DNA of 45,403 bases from Clostridia bacterium (lineage in GTDB: Bacteria; Bacillota; Clostridia; Oscillospirales; QAMX01): assembly GCA_017533425.1 (NCBI GenBank), contig JAFXIE010000046.1, positions 1 through 45,403 on the forward strand, read 5' to 3'. The translations under genes and the position numbers were made by a program. The notes below the pieces were generated by a model. That model saw only the letters and a list, made by a program, of their open reading frames with translations, was not told the origin of the DNA and made no database searches. Shown in pieces: positions 26,074 through 35,644 of this stretch (the first letter of the stretch is position 1; every line of letters starts with the position of its first letter).

Positions 26074-26551
26074 GGTGTACCTCCCCGGCACAGCGCAGCG
26101 CCACCGAAAGGGTGGTGACATCCGCGCCGCTTTGCAATACGCAGGAGATGCCGCCGGCATCCAGCGAAGGGGTAAAGGCATCCAGCAGGACAATGGCCTC
26201 CCCGGCTGACGGGGAGAGCTTAGCACCGGCGGGGGCATACAGCTCGGTCAGATAGCCCGCATGGGCATACAGGCAGGTGACAAATTCCTCTCCCTCCACG
26301 CGTTCCCGGAGGATGAGGGCCGGAATTCCGCCGATTTCGCCGACCGCAATGCCGTCCCGCATATCTGCACGCTGCAGCCGGGCGGTGATATAGGCCGCCG
26401 CCGTGCGTCGGGCAAAGCCTTCATCGAGATCGGCCTGCATATCTCGGCTTGCCTGCGCGCCGCCAACCATGACACCGGCAAGACAGATGCCAAAGGCGAC
26501 AAGCAGCAGCACCGCGGCGGTATAGGTAAGGATTTTATGCGCCTTTTGCAT
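26066..26551 (-). CDS. DUF4860-like pilin-associated protein
   Basis: N-terminal TM, 'RTAAAYITARLQRAD' and 'LYAHAGYLTELY' patterns. Confidence 0.65.
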   Translation of the reverse strand: MQKAHKILTYTAAVLLLVAFGICLAGVMVGGAQASRDMQADLDEGFARRTAAAYITARLQRADMRDGIAVGEIGGIPALILRERVEGEEFVTCLYAHAGYLTELYAPAGAKLSPSAGEAIVLLDAFTPSLDAGGISCVLQSGADVTTLSVALRCAGEVHHG

Positions 26552-26555
26552 CCTT

Positions 26556-26876
26556 CTACCTCCGCACCACCGTGATATCCGGCATGATATTCTCCGCAAA
26601 AGCGGAATAATGAACGAAATATTTTTCCTCATCCACCGAAAGTGCGTAGTGCTCCCTGAGATAGGCAAAGCTTTCCGGGAAGCGCCCCTCCAGACAATAG
26701 CAGGTCACACAGGCGCGGCGGATGGCATCCTCCGCCAGGCGGAGGCTCTCCGCATCCGAGGTCTCCTTCACCTGGCGCATGGCTCGCGCAAAGAGAAGGA
26801 TGCAGCAGCACACCACCGCCCCGCAGAGCAGGGCGGCAACGACGGATATTACGCTTTTTTTCTCGCGTTTCAACAT
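26556..26876 (-). CDS. Small pseudopilin-like protein
   Basis: N-terminal TM followed by AIRRACVTCYCLEGRFPESFAYL, reminiscent of the GspG 'Y..D.G.YP' motif. Confidence 0.55.
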   Translation of the reverse strand: MLKREKKSVISVVAALLCGAVVCCCILLFARAMRQVKETSDAESLRLAEDAIRRACVTCYCLEGRFPESFAYLREHYALSVDEEKYFVHYSAFAENIMPDITVVRR

Positions 26877-26878
26877 AC

Positions 26879-27892
26879 TCAAAGCACCGAAAGAATGCCA
26901 AGCAGGGGCAGCATGACCCCCAAAAGAAGCAGGCCGACACCTGCGCTGAGAAGCAGCACCGCCACAGGCTCAATGACGGAAATGCGCCGGTTCAGGGTCT
27001 CCTCCACCAAGGCTGTATAGCGCTCGGAGAGGGTATCCATAACCGCCTCCATATCCCCGGCGGCCACGCACACGGAGAGATACCGAAGATCCATGCCGCG
27101 GAAAAGACCGGTTTCAGCGAGAATTTCCTGCAGGCTGTCGCCGGCCTCTGCCCGATCCGCCGCATGGCGGATGCGCCGGGCAAGTTCCCCTTCCGCAAGG
27201 TCTGCGGCAAAGGCAAGTCCCCGGGCGGCATCCATTCCCGCCGAGGAGGCCATGGAAAGGGCAGCGCAAAGATCCGCCGCCGCCTGCAGGCGGGCAACCT
27301 TGCCCGGTCTGCGGCCGGAATTTTTGCGGACAAGCAGAAGGGTCAGAAGCACCACCACAGCAATTCCGGCAAGGCCTGCCGGAAGGATCCAGCCAAGCTC
27401 CCGCAGAGCTTCTCCCGCAAGAAAAATTTTCTCCGCAAAGCCCGGCATCGTGGCACCGAGCTGGGAATAGACCCCGTGGAATACGGGAAGCACCTGCCCC
27501 GCCACCACATAAAGCACCGCAAGCAGCACCGCCGCAAGGCAGACCGGGTAAATAACCGCGCTGCGCACGGCCCGCGCCACTCTGGCTCGCATATGCCAGA
27601 AGGCAGCCAGCCGCCGCAGGGTTTTCGCCCCGTGGCCGGTGGCCTCGCCGACAGAAAGCATGCGGGTCATATACGCAGGGATTGCACCGCCGGCAGAGAG
27701 GCAGTCCGTAAGGCTTCTGCCCTCCTCCGCAGCCCCTTCCATCCGGGCAAAAAGTGCCTTCAGTGCGGGATTTTTCTCTCCCTCCCCCAGGGCTGCAAAG
27801 ACTTCGCCCGCAGGGATACCGACATCCACCGCCTCTGCAAGGGTCTCGCAGAGGGAAGCCAGCATATTCACATCCGGACGAAAGCTTCGCAT
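26879..27892 (-). CDS. Type II secretion F / PilC platform protein
   Basis: Two T2SSF repeats (MLSVGEATG..AVIYP; AAGDM..IEP..VGLLLLGVMLPL), 337 aa. Confidence 0.88.
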   Translation of the reverse strand: MRSFRPDVNMLASLCETLAEAVDVGIPAGEVFAALGEGEKNPALKALFARMEGAAEEGRSLTDCLSAGGAIPAYMTRMLSVGEATGHGAKTLRRLAAFWHMRARVARAVRSAVIYPVCLAAVLLAVLYVVAGQVLPVFHGVYSQLGATMPGFAEKIFLAGEALRELGWILPAGLAGIAVVVLLTLLLVRKNSGRRPGKVARLQAAADLCAALSMASSAGMDAARGLAFAADLAEGELARRIRHAADRAEAGDSLQEILAETGLFRGMDLRYLSVCVAAGDMEAVMDTLSERYTALVEETLNRRISVIEPVAVLLLSAGVGLLLLGVMLPLLGILSVL

Positions 27893-27905
27893 ACGTATTT
27901 CTCCG

Positions 27906-29027
27906 TCAATAGATATATTTTGCCTGATAATTCGATGTTTTTGCGATGTAGGCCATGATTTCCGCGCTGGAATTTGCGGTGGATGCAAAGGTGGGATCCA
28001 TGAGCTTCCAATCGCTTCCGTTGAAGAAGATGGTACCCTCGATCCAGCCGCTTTCCGCGGTATAGGTGCTGATCCAGGCATGGTATTCCGCGCCGGTATA
28101 GCCGACAACCAGCTTGGTGGGGATGCCGTAGGCGCGCAGCATAGCCGTCATCAGGGCGGCATAATCAAAGCAGATGCCCTTTTTCTCTGCAAAAACCTTG
28201 TCAATATCGGGAATATAGCCGCTTTTGACACTGGCGGCCTTAGCATAATCATACTGCGTATTGGTTACAACATAGTTATAAATGGCGGCAATTCGCTCCA
28301 AATCCTTCATTTCCTCCCGCAGAATGGTGGAGGCAAAGGCGATTGCGGCGCTGTCTTTGCTGTAATTGACATACTGATTCGGATGAAGGAAGGGAGCATT
28401 CGCATCCGTAAGGGAAACCGCCAGGGTCTCGGCGGCGAGGGTCGCGTACTTATTGCCTGTCACGGCGCAGTAGACCGCAACCTTATAGCTTCCGCTGCCG
28501 TCGGAGAACTGGAAAACCTCATAGCTGTCCGCGCCGTTGAGATTGTAGGTGTAGGCAATGCCGCTGGGGCCGGTGATGATGACCTTCAGGCGGCGGGTGG
28601 ACTTTGCGCGGATCATGACATAGCCATCCTTGGTATTGGAGGCATCGATGGTCACCGGCTCGGTGTCCGTTCCGGCGGAAATGACCTTTGTGCCGGAGGC
28701 CACCGGCTTGAAAACATGGGAAACCGCAGGGGTTCCGCCGACAACGCCCTGCAGGGTATCCGGCTTCTTTGTGGGAGTGGCCGTTGGTGCTGCCGTCACC
28801 GTCGGCGAGGGGGTTGGCATCACCGTGGGCGAGGGGACTGCCATAACGGAAGGCGACGGCTGCTGTGTGGCGATCGGGGACTCCGTCGGAGGGGCGGTGG
28901 GTGCCGCCGTCACGGTCGGCGAGGGTTGCGCCGGCACATCGGAGGCCGGGGGCTGAACATCGCCGCAGGCAGAAAACATAAGCGCAAGAAGCATGATAAA
29001 AATCAGACAAACCATCGGCCTGCGCAT
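27906..29027 (-). CDS. Transglutaminase-like domain lipoprotein with Pro/Thr-rich linker
   Basis: Lipobox FSAC, PSPTV repeats, catalytic GICFDYA / YHAW / MDPT. Confidence 0.85.
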   Translation of the reverse strand: MRRPMVCLIFIMLLALMFSACGDVQPPASDVPAQPSPTVTAAPTAPPTESPIATQQPSPSVMAVPSPTVMPTPSPTVTAAPTATPTKKPDTLQGVVGGTPAVSHVFKPVASGTKVISAGTDTEPVTIDASNTKDGYVMIRAKSTRRLKVIITGPSGIAYTYNLNGADSYEVFQFSDGSGSYKVAVYCAVTGNKYATLAAETLAVSLTDANAPFLHPNQYVNYSKDSAAIAFASTILREEMKDLERIAAIYNYVVTNTQYDYAKAASVKSGYIPDIDKVFAEKKGICFDYAALMTAMLRAYGIPTKLVVGYTGAEYHAWISTYTAESGWIEGTIFFNGSDWKLMDPTFASTANSSAEIMAYIAKTSNYQAKYIY

Positions 29028-29055
29028 GAAACACCGCCTCCCTTCTATGGGTTTC

Positions 29056-29064
29056 ATTATACCA
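29056..29064 (-). promoter_or_regulatory. Extended -10 promoter of the pilus-like operon
   Basis: TGGTATAAT on the minus strand; weak -35. Confidence 0.5.
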
Positions 29065-29095
29065 TGTTTTTCCGACTTTGAACAGATATGCAGAT

Positions 29096-29130
29096 AAAAA
29101 ACAGGCATTCCGCTGACGGAATGCCTGTTT
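29096..29130 (-). terminator. Terminator ending the hisS-aspS-ABC operon
   Basis: aaacaggcattcc/ggaatgcctgttt with a T run on the minus strand. Confidence 0.8.
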
Positions 29131-29137
29131 AGATCAT

Positions 29138-30547
29138 TTAGAAGATATCGGCGATGCTTTCGCCCTTCTCCACCATGTCGATGAGCTTCAGCAGGTGGTT
29201 GACTGCCGTCACGCTGACATAGCTGTTGCAGGTGCCGTTGACCGTGGCCGCATACTGGCGGGAATTGATGCGGGAAAGGGTCAGCACATTCTTTGTTCCG
29301 TCGCGCATGGTGAAGGTGACGGAATACTGCACCTCATCGGGAACCTTGCCTGTGTAGCTTCCCACCGCGTAGAAGGAGAGCATACCTGCGTAGAGGGAGC
29401 GTGCATCGTCCACCTGCAGAGCCTTGCCCTGGAAGGTGGCCTCAAAGTGGCCGTTGCCCTCTTCATCGGTCTGGTCATCCACGGTAAAGACATAGTTTTT
29501 GCCGTTGCAGAAGATATCCGCCCTGGAGACCTCCTTGATGCTGTACATAAAGAGGCCGGTTTCCAGAATGTCCTCTCCGCGGACATCGAGGAAGGTGAAG
29601 TCGCCGGAAACGGCGAGCACCATGGGGATGCCTTCCTTCATGACAAAGATAAAGTCCTCGTCCATATAGCCGATCAGCAGGGTGGTTTTCTCCCCGTCTG
29701 TGAGCCCGACGGTAACGCGGATGGGATTTTTCAGTCCGTAGGCGGCGAGATCCTGGGGGAAATCCTCCACAACGCCGACAACGGAAAGATTCATGATCTT
29801 ATCGAGAATGCGGTTGGTCACATTGTAGTTATCCGCAGCGCCCGACTTGGGAGCAGTCTCGATAAAGACACTGCCGTCGGATTCGGGGTTTCTCTCAAAG
29901 GCCAGGCGATAGCCGTCCGGCAGGAGCATCTCATAGGAGGCCACGTTGTCATAGGTGCCTTCGTTCATGGCCGGGAGAATGTTGGTGTCGCGGTAATAGC
30001 TCGCCGGGCTGGAGAGGGTCTCCTTGATGGATGCGCTGGTGGTATAGACGCAATCCAGCGTATCGACATAGACATAGCACAGGGTGCCGTCCAGCGGATA
30101 GGCATCGCCAAAGATAATGGTGTCCTTCTCCGCTTGATTTGTCCGGGTGACGACAACCGTGGGGCGCTTATCGGAAATGCCGTACTTTGAAAGATCCGCA
30201 GGGTTCTTTTCGATGACTTCCTGGCCGCCGAGGCCGGCAATCATATCTACCGTCATGATGAAGAAGCTCTGCTTGGACTCAAAGGTATCGTCGCCCTCGA
30301 TGGAATAGAAGACATTGCCCGCCTTAAAGCCCTTTTTGAAGGCAAAGGGATCGCCAACTGCGGTATTTTTGAACTCCACGCGCTCAATAAAGGCGGAGTC
30401 ATACTCAAAAATATCCACAAGCTCGGTAACGCTGGTGGGATCCTCCGGCTCATTCTCCGGCAGAAGCAGCCAGACGGTAAGCACGGCGGCCAGCAGCACG
30501 GCGAGTACGACGGCGGCAATGATGATGGTCTTTTTCTGCTTATTCAT
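29138..30547 (-). CDS. DUF4340-like membrane-anchored extracellular protein
   Basis: N-terminal TM and repeated 'DLSKYGI/DLAAYGL..P' motifs, downstream of a GldG-like gene. Confidence 0.7.
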   Translation of the reverse strand: MNKQKKTIIIAAVVLAVLLAAVLTVWLLLPENEPEDPTSVTELVDIFEYDSAFIERVEFKNTAVGDPFAFKKGFKAGNVFYSIEGDDTFESKQSFFIMTVDMIAGLGGQEVIEKNPADLSKYGISDKRPTVVVTRTNQAEKDTIIFGDAYPLDGTLCYVYVDTLDCVYTTSASIKETLSSPASYYRDTNILPAMNEGTYDNVASYEMLLPDGYRLAFERNPESDGSVFIETAPKSGAADNYNVTNRILDKIMNLSVVGVVEDFPQDLAAYGLKNPIRVTVGLTDGEKTTLLIGYMDEDFIFVMKEGIPMVLAVSGDFTFLDVRGEDILETGLFMYSIKEVSRADIFCNGKNYVFTVDDQTDEEGNGHFEATFQGKALQVDDARSLYAGMLSFYAVGSYTGKVPDEVQYSVTFTMRDGTKNVLTLSRINSRQYAATVNGTCNSYVSVTAVNHLLKLIDMVEKGESIADIF

Positions 30548-32043
30548 TACTTATTCTTCCTCCGGAACCAGACGAGAACGCCCATAATGAGCAGAGCCGC
30601 GGGGATGATGCAGAGGATGCTGAGTACAAAGGTCTTCTCCCAGTTGAGCAGAACGATCTGCGGGGTTGCAAACTCATTGGCCTCGTAGATGGAGAGGTCG
30701 GGGGTCTCAAAGAGCTCGTTGAGGATGGCGGTGAAGAACTCCTGATTGGTATACTTGGAGGAGTTGAAGAACTCATCCTGCAGGCAGAAGGCGGAGCCGA
30801 GAACCAGCATACGGCTGGTGCGCAACTCAAAGGTTCCGGTCTCCACCGTGGAGTACTCGGAGAGGCAGGCAATGTTGAAGGGGCCGGCGAAATCCGAATC
30901 CTCCTTGACTACCACAGACTGGGTCACATCGGCATTGGCCTTGGCAAAGGAGCTGTCGGAGGAGGTCAGAATGGCGCGGGAGGCAAAACCGGTGGGACGG
31001 CCTTCATTGAGCTTCAGCTGCAGAGAAAGGGGCATGATGATATTATTTGCATAGGGAACGTTTTCAAACATCGGCTCGGTCTCACTGAGAATGCCGGAGA
31101 TATTTGCCGCGCCGAGGGATACCTTGGTATCAAAGATGGTGTTCTCGGTGATATCCACGCCGTAGTCGGAGATAAAGCGGCGCAGCTCAGGCAGCTCACC
31201 GTTGGCGGGAGAAAGGGCCACGAACATATCCACGCCGTCGCCGGCAAGATACTGCTCAAGCTTTGCGATCTCCGCCTCGGTGTAGTCAAGCTTCGGCGCA
31301 ACCAGCACCACAAGATCGGTCTCCTCCGGAATATCCGCCGAGGAGAGGTTGACCGACAGGTTTTCAAAGTTGTTGAGCTCCAGGAAGGTGGCAAAGGCGT
31401 TGAGATTGTCCGCCTCGCCGTGGCCGGAGATAAAGACAGCGGTCTTGCGCTCCGCCTCATCCAGGAAGAGAATGCCGGAGGCGATGCTGCGCTCCACCTG
31501 CAGGCCGATGGGGCTCATGCCCTGCTCATAGCTCTCATCAAAGGAATAGAACCAGTAATAGAGCTGATGGAGGGGAATGGTGCGGTAGCTGTTCTTTTCA
31601 TTTGCGACGATGATGGTATAGGGAGAGATCTCACCGATACCCTCAAAGCGGTTGAGGAACTGGGGATTTGTGCCGACGTCAACATACTCCACCTTGACCA
31701 TGCCGTCGGAAAGGACGGGATACTTATTGAGCACCTCGACGATCTCATTTCCGTAGGTGGTCATGGGAATGCTGTCGGCGCTGTACATCATATGGTTGCG
31801 CATTTCCGCCTCGGTGGCGACCACATAGATGGTGATCTCCTCCTCCAGCCCGGAAAGCAGCTTTTCGGTTGCCTCGGTAATGGCATAGCGGCCATCGCGG
31901 GTCATATCGACCTCAAGACCCAGGCGCTCGGTCAGCAGGGTAACACCGATATTGACCACAAGAATGGCCACAATAACGACAATGGACAGCAGCACGGCCA
32001 TGGAGCCGTATTTGAACCTGCGTCCGAAATTGATCTTGTTCAT
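30547..32043 (-). CDS. GldG-like ABC transporter auxiliary protein
   Basis: DMTRDGRYAITEAT, FISGHGE, PKLDYTEAE; N- and C-terminal TMs. Confidence 0.8.
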   Translation of the reverse strand: MNKINFGRRFKYGSMAVLLSIVVIVAILVVNIGVTLLTERLGLEVDMTRDGRYAITEATEKLLSGLEEEITIYVVATEAEMRNHMMYSADSIPMTTYGNEIVEVLNKYPVLSDGMVKVEYVDVGTNPQFLNRFEGIGEISPYTIIVANEKNSYRTIPLHQLYYWFYSFDESYEQGMSPIGLQVERSIASGILFLDEAERKTAVFISGHGEADNLNAFATFLELNNFENLSVNLSSADIPEETDLVVLVAPKLDYTEAEIAKLEQYLAGDGVDMFVALSPANGELPELRRFISDYGVDITENTIFDTKVSLGAANISGILSETEPMFENVPYANNIIMPLSLQLKLNEGRPTGFASRAILTSSDSSFAKANADVTQSVVVKEDSDFAGPFNIACLSEYSTVETGTFELRTSRMLVLGSAFCLQDEFFNSSKYTNQEFFTAILNELFETPDLSIYEANEFATPQIVLLNWEKTFVLSILCIIPAALLIMGVLVWFRRKNK

Positions 32044-32100
32044 CTTCTGTCTTCAGCCTTTCTGGATGAATTGTATGGTTATTCGTCCGATTCCCGGGGA

Positions 32101-32805
32101 TCAAGCATATCTCTTCTTTTCCAGCATCCGGCCGGTGAGGAAGAGGAAGATGGCCGCGATGCTGATGTAGAAGAGGAAGTCCGAGAAGTTGAAAATGCCG
32201 AGACGAACATTGTCAAAGCGGGAATAGAAGGCCAGCCACTTGCCGACCGCAACGGTGAAGGGAGTGTCGTAGGAGCCAACCGCGATATCCACCACCAGCA
32301 GACCGATGAACACAGCCCAGGACAGAATGCCGGAGATGAAGTTGGATTCGGTCATGGAGGAGATAAATATGCCGATGGCAAGGAAGGCCGCCGCAAAGAA
32401 GAAGGTGGAAAGGTAGTTTCCGAGGGTCGTCCAGAAGACAAAGCCGCCGACACTGGCAAGCACCACCGGGATAAGCAGGGTTCCGCACAGAGCCAGGGCA
32501 ATGACCGCCAGGGCGGCAAAGAACTTGCCAAGTACGATGGACATGACGCTGACCGGCGCCGTCAGCAGCAGCTGATCGGTCTTCTTGTTGTACTCATTGC
32601 TGATGAGGTTCATGGTCAGGAGGGGAATAATGAGGGCAATGAGCATCTGCGCAAAGAGGAAGAGGGTGGACATATCCGCCGTCTCACCGGAGATATTGAC
32701 CAGATAGAACACACCGTAGAAAACGAGGATGGTGATGGCGATAAAGACATAGCCCACGGGAGAGCGGAAGAAGGAGGCAAATTCTCTTTTAAAAATGGCT
32801 TTCAT
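32101..32805 (-). CDS. ABC-2 type permease (GldF-like)
   Basis: AIFKREFASFFRSPVGY, TDQLLLTAP..IVLGKF. Confidence 0.85.
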   Translation of the reverse strand: MKAIFKREFASFFRSPVGYVFIAITILVFYGVFYLVNISGETADMSTLFLFAQMLIALIIPLLTMNLISNEYNKKTDQLLLTAPVSVMSIVLGKFFAALAVIALALCGTLLIPVVLASVGGFVFWTTLGNYLSTFFFAAAFLAIGIFISSMTESNFISGILSWAVFIGLLVVDIAVGSYDTPFTVAVGKWLAFYSRFDNVRLGIFNFSDFLFYISIAAIFLFLTGRMLEKKRYA

Positions 32806-33791
32806 TACTGCTTGTCCTCCTTATTTTTCCGGGCGCGCTTGCCGCCCTTGGCAGGTACGTCCTCTTCAACAGTGAGCTTGACGAAGATATCCTCCAGGGA
32901 GGCGCCGGCATCGCGCATTTCGAGAATGGCGCTGCCCAGCTGCTCCAGCTTGCGGAAGAGGGGCTGGCGGATATCGATGCCGGGCGCAGAGGTCAGCTGA
33001 TAGTCGCAGGAGCCGGACTCCTTCTCGCCGAGGATCTCCACATTTTTCATGCCGTCGATGGTGCGCAGCGCAGGGGCAACGACCTTGACATCGCCGGTGA
33101 TGCGGACATTCAGGCGGCGGACGCCGTCCACCCGGGCGCCAAGATCGGCAGCTCTGCCGTCGGCAACGATTTTACCGTTGTTGATGACGAGCACGCGCTC
33201 GCAGATGGCCTGCACCTCGGGCAGGATATGGGTGGAAAGGATAACCGTGCGCTCACGGCCGAGGTTTTTGATGACGTTGCGGATCTCGATGATCTGAATG
33301 GGGTCAAGACCGACGGTGGGCTCGTCAAGAATGAGCACCTCCGGGTCGCCGACCAGCGCCTGCGCCAGGCCGACGCGCTGCTTGTAGCCCTTGGAGAGGT
33401 TGCGGATGAGGCGATCGGCCACATGGGTAATGCCCACCAGCTCGCAGATCTCATCCAGATGCGCCTTGCGGGGCAGCTGCACCTTTTTCAGGTCAAAGAC
33501 GAAATTCAGAAATTCGCGGACGGTCATATCCATATACAGCGGGGGCTGCTCGGGAAGATAACCGATGTTTTTCTTTGCCGCAATGGGATCCTCCAGAATA
33601 TCCACATCGCCGATGAGGGCGGTGCCGGAGGTGGCGGAGAGATAGCCGGTGATCATATTCATGGTGGTGGACTTGCCGGCGCCGTTGGGGCCGAGAAAGC
33701 CTACGATCTCCCCCTTTTCAATGCGGAAGGAGATGCCGTTGACGGCGTGCTTGTTGCCGTAGTGCTTTACCAGGTCGCGTACTTCGATCAT
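32805..33791 (-). CDS. ABC transporter ATP-binding protein (GldA-like)
   Basis: GPNGAGKST, LSKGYKQRVG, LILDEPTVGLDP. Confidence 0.92.
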   Translation of the reverse strand: MIEVRDLVKHYGNKHAVNGISFRIEKGEIVGFLGPNGAGKSTTMNMITGYLSATSGTALIGDVDILEDPIAAKKNIGYLPEQPPLYMDMTVREFLNFVFDLKKVQLPRKAHLDEICELVGITHVADRLIRNLSKGYKQRVGLAQALVGDPEVLILDEPTVGLDPIQIIEIRNVIKNLGRERTVILSTHILPEVQAICERVLVINNGKIVADGRAADLGARVDGVRRLNVRITGDVKVVAPALRTIDGMKNVEILGEKESGSCDYQLTSAPGIDIRQPLFRKLEQLGSAILEMRDAGASLEDIFVKLTVEEDVPAKGGKRARKNKEDKQ

Positions 33792-33793
33792 CT

Positions 33794-35602
33794 TTATGCT
33801 TCCTCCTTTTCGGGAAGATCCAGCTTGATGCAGAGCTCACGCAGCTGCTTTTCCTCCAGCTCGGAGGGGGAATTCATCATGGGCTCGGAAGCATTCTGTA
33901 CCTTGGGGAAGGCGATGCCGTCCTTGATGTTGTCGCGGCCGGCCAGAAGCATCACAATGCGGTCCAGACCATAGGCAAGGCCGCCGTGGGGAGGTGCGCC
34001 GTAGCTGAAGGCCTCGATAAGGTGGCCGAAATTCTCCTGCGCCTTCTCATCGGTAAAGCCGAGGGCGCGGAACATACGGGTCTGTAGCTCGGAGGAATGG
34101 ATACGGATGGATCCGCCGCCCAGCTCATAGCCGTTCAGAACGATATCGTAGGCCTTGGCGCGAACGACACCGGGATCGGTCTCCAGCAGGTGCTCGTCCT
34201 CATCCATGGGAGAGGTGAAGGGATGGTGCATGGCGGTGTAGCGGCCTTCCTCCTCATCATACTCAAGCAGGGGGAATTCCACAACCCACAGGGGCTTGAA
34301 TACGGTGGGATCGCACAGGCCGAGACGACGGGCACACTCGCAGCGCAGGGCGCCGAGGGCATCGAATACCACCTGATTTTTGGCGTCCGCCACGATGAAG
34401 ATGCAGTCGCCCTTTTCGGCACCCATGCGGTCGATGATGGCCTGCATTTCCTCCGGGGTTACAAACTTGCCGAAGGAGGAGGCGATCTCATCGCCCATAC
34501 GCACCCAGGCAAGACCGCCGGCGCGGTAGGTGCGGACAAATTCGGTGAGCTTATCGATCTCCTTGCGGGAGAAGGTATCGTAGCCGCCCTTGACATTGAT
34601 GGCGCGGACAGAGCCGCCGGCAGCGAGCGCCGAGGCAAAGACGCGGAACTGGCAGTTGCCCAGCACCTCGCCGAGGTTCTGAAGCTCCATGCCGAAGCGG
34701 ATGTCGGGCTTGTCGGAGCCGTAGCGCTCCATGGCGTCCTTCCAGGTCAGGCGGGGCAGCGGAAGCTGCAGCTCCTGGCCGAGGATTTCCTTAAAGAGGC
34801 GGGCAAGGAAGCCCTCATTCACGGCGATGACATCATCCACATCCACAAAGGAAAGCTCCATGTCGATCTGGGTGAATTCCGGCTGGCGGTCGGCGCGCAG
34901 GTCCTCATCGCGCATGCACTTGGTGATCTGAATGTAGCGGTCAAAGCCGGCCAGCATCAAAAGCTGCTTGTACTGCTGGGGAGACTGGGGCAGCGCGTAG
35001 AACTTGCCGGGATGGACACGGCTGGGAACCACATAGTCGCGGGCACCCTCGGGGGTGGACTTGGTGAGGATGGGGGTTTCGATCTCGCAGAAGCCGTTTT
35101 CGGCAAAATAAGAGCGGGTGATCTGGGTCACCTTGTGGCGCAGGCGCAGAATGCGCTGCATATCGGGGCGGCGAAGGTCGAGATAGCGATACTTCAGGCG
35201 CAGCATCTCGTTGACCTGGCTGTCCTCCACGATCTCAAAGGGAGTCGTCTTTGCCTGGGCAAAGACCTTCATCTCCGTGGCGAGGATCTCAATCTCACCG
35301 GTGGGCAGATCGGGATTGATGGCGCCCTCTCCGCGGCTGCGCACCACGCCGCGGACGGCAATGGTATACTCCGTGCGCAGGGCAAAGGCCTTCTCAAAGA
35401 GCTCCGGATACTGGGACTGATCAAAGGTGCACTGCAGAATGCCGGTATAATCGCGCAGATCCACAAAGATCAGGCCGCCGAGGTTGCGGGTGCGACCCAC
35501 CCAGCCCATCACGGTCACTTCCTTGCCGATATCCTGCGCAGAAAGGGCGGTGCAGAGATGGGATCTCTTCCAGCCCCCGAGAACTTCATTTCCGATCTTC
35601 AT
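33794..35602 (-). CDS. aspS: Aspartate--tRNA ligase
   Basis: STPEGARDY, ALPQSPQ, RDEDLRADRQPEFTQID, HHPFT, GAPPHGG. Confidence 0.98.
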   Translation of the reverse strand: MKIGNEVLGGWKRSHLCTALSAQDIGKEVTVMGWVGRTRNLGGLIFVDLRDYTGILQCTFDQSQYPELFEKAFALRTEYTIAVRGVVRSRGEGAINPDLPTGEIEILATEMKVFAQAKTTPFEIVEDSQVNEMLRLKYRYLDLRRPDMQRILRLRHKVTQITRSYFAENGFCEIETPILTKSTPEGARDYVVPSRVHPGKFYALPQSPQQYKQLLMLAGFDRYIQITKCMRDEDLRADRQPEFTQIDMELSFVDVDDVIAVNEGFLARLFKEILGQELQLPLPRLTWKDAMERYGSDKPDIRFGMELQNLGEVLGNCQFRVFASALAAGGSVRAINVKGGYDTFSRKEIDKLTEFVRTYRAGGLAWVRMGDEIASSFGKFVTPEEMQAIIDRMGAEKGDCIFIVADAKNQVVFDALGALRCECARRLGLCDPTVFKPLWVVEFPLLEYDEEEGRYTAMHHPFTSPMDEDEHLLETDPGVVRAKAYDIVLNGYELGGGSIRIHSSELQTRMFRALGFTDEKAQENFGHLIEAFSYGAPPHGGLAYGLDRIVMLLAGRDNIKDGIAFPKVQNASEPMMNSPSELEEKQLRELCIKLDLPEKEEA

Positions 35603-35644
35603 AAAACCGATCTCTCCTTATATTCAAGAATGAGGTATTGATTA

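Noticed and set aside
24230-27892. Canonical ComG competence operon or complete type IVa pilus locus
   Set aside because: The ATPase has PilT signatures and is last in the operon, most pilins lack the GFTLxE motif, and no pilB, pilD, pilMNO or comE/F genes are in the window.
28780-28935. DNA repeats as a mobile or regulatory element
   Set aside because: They encode the Pro/Thr linker of the transglutaminase-like lipoprotein.
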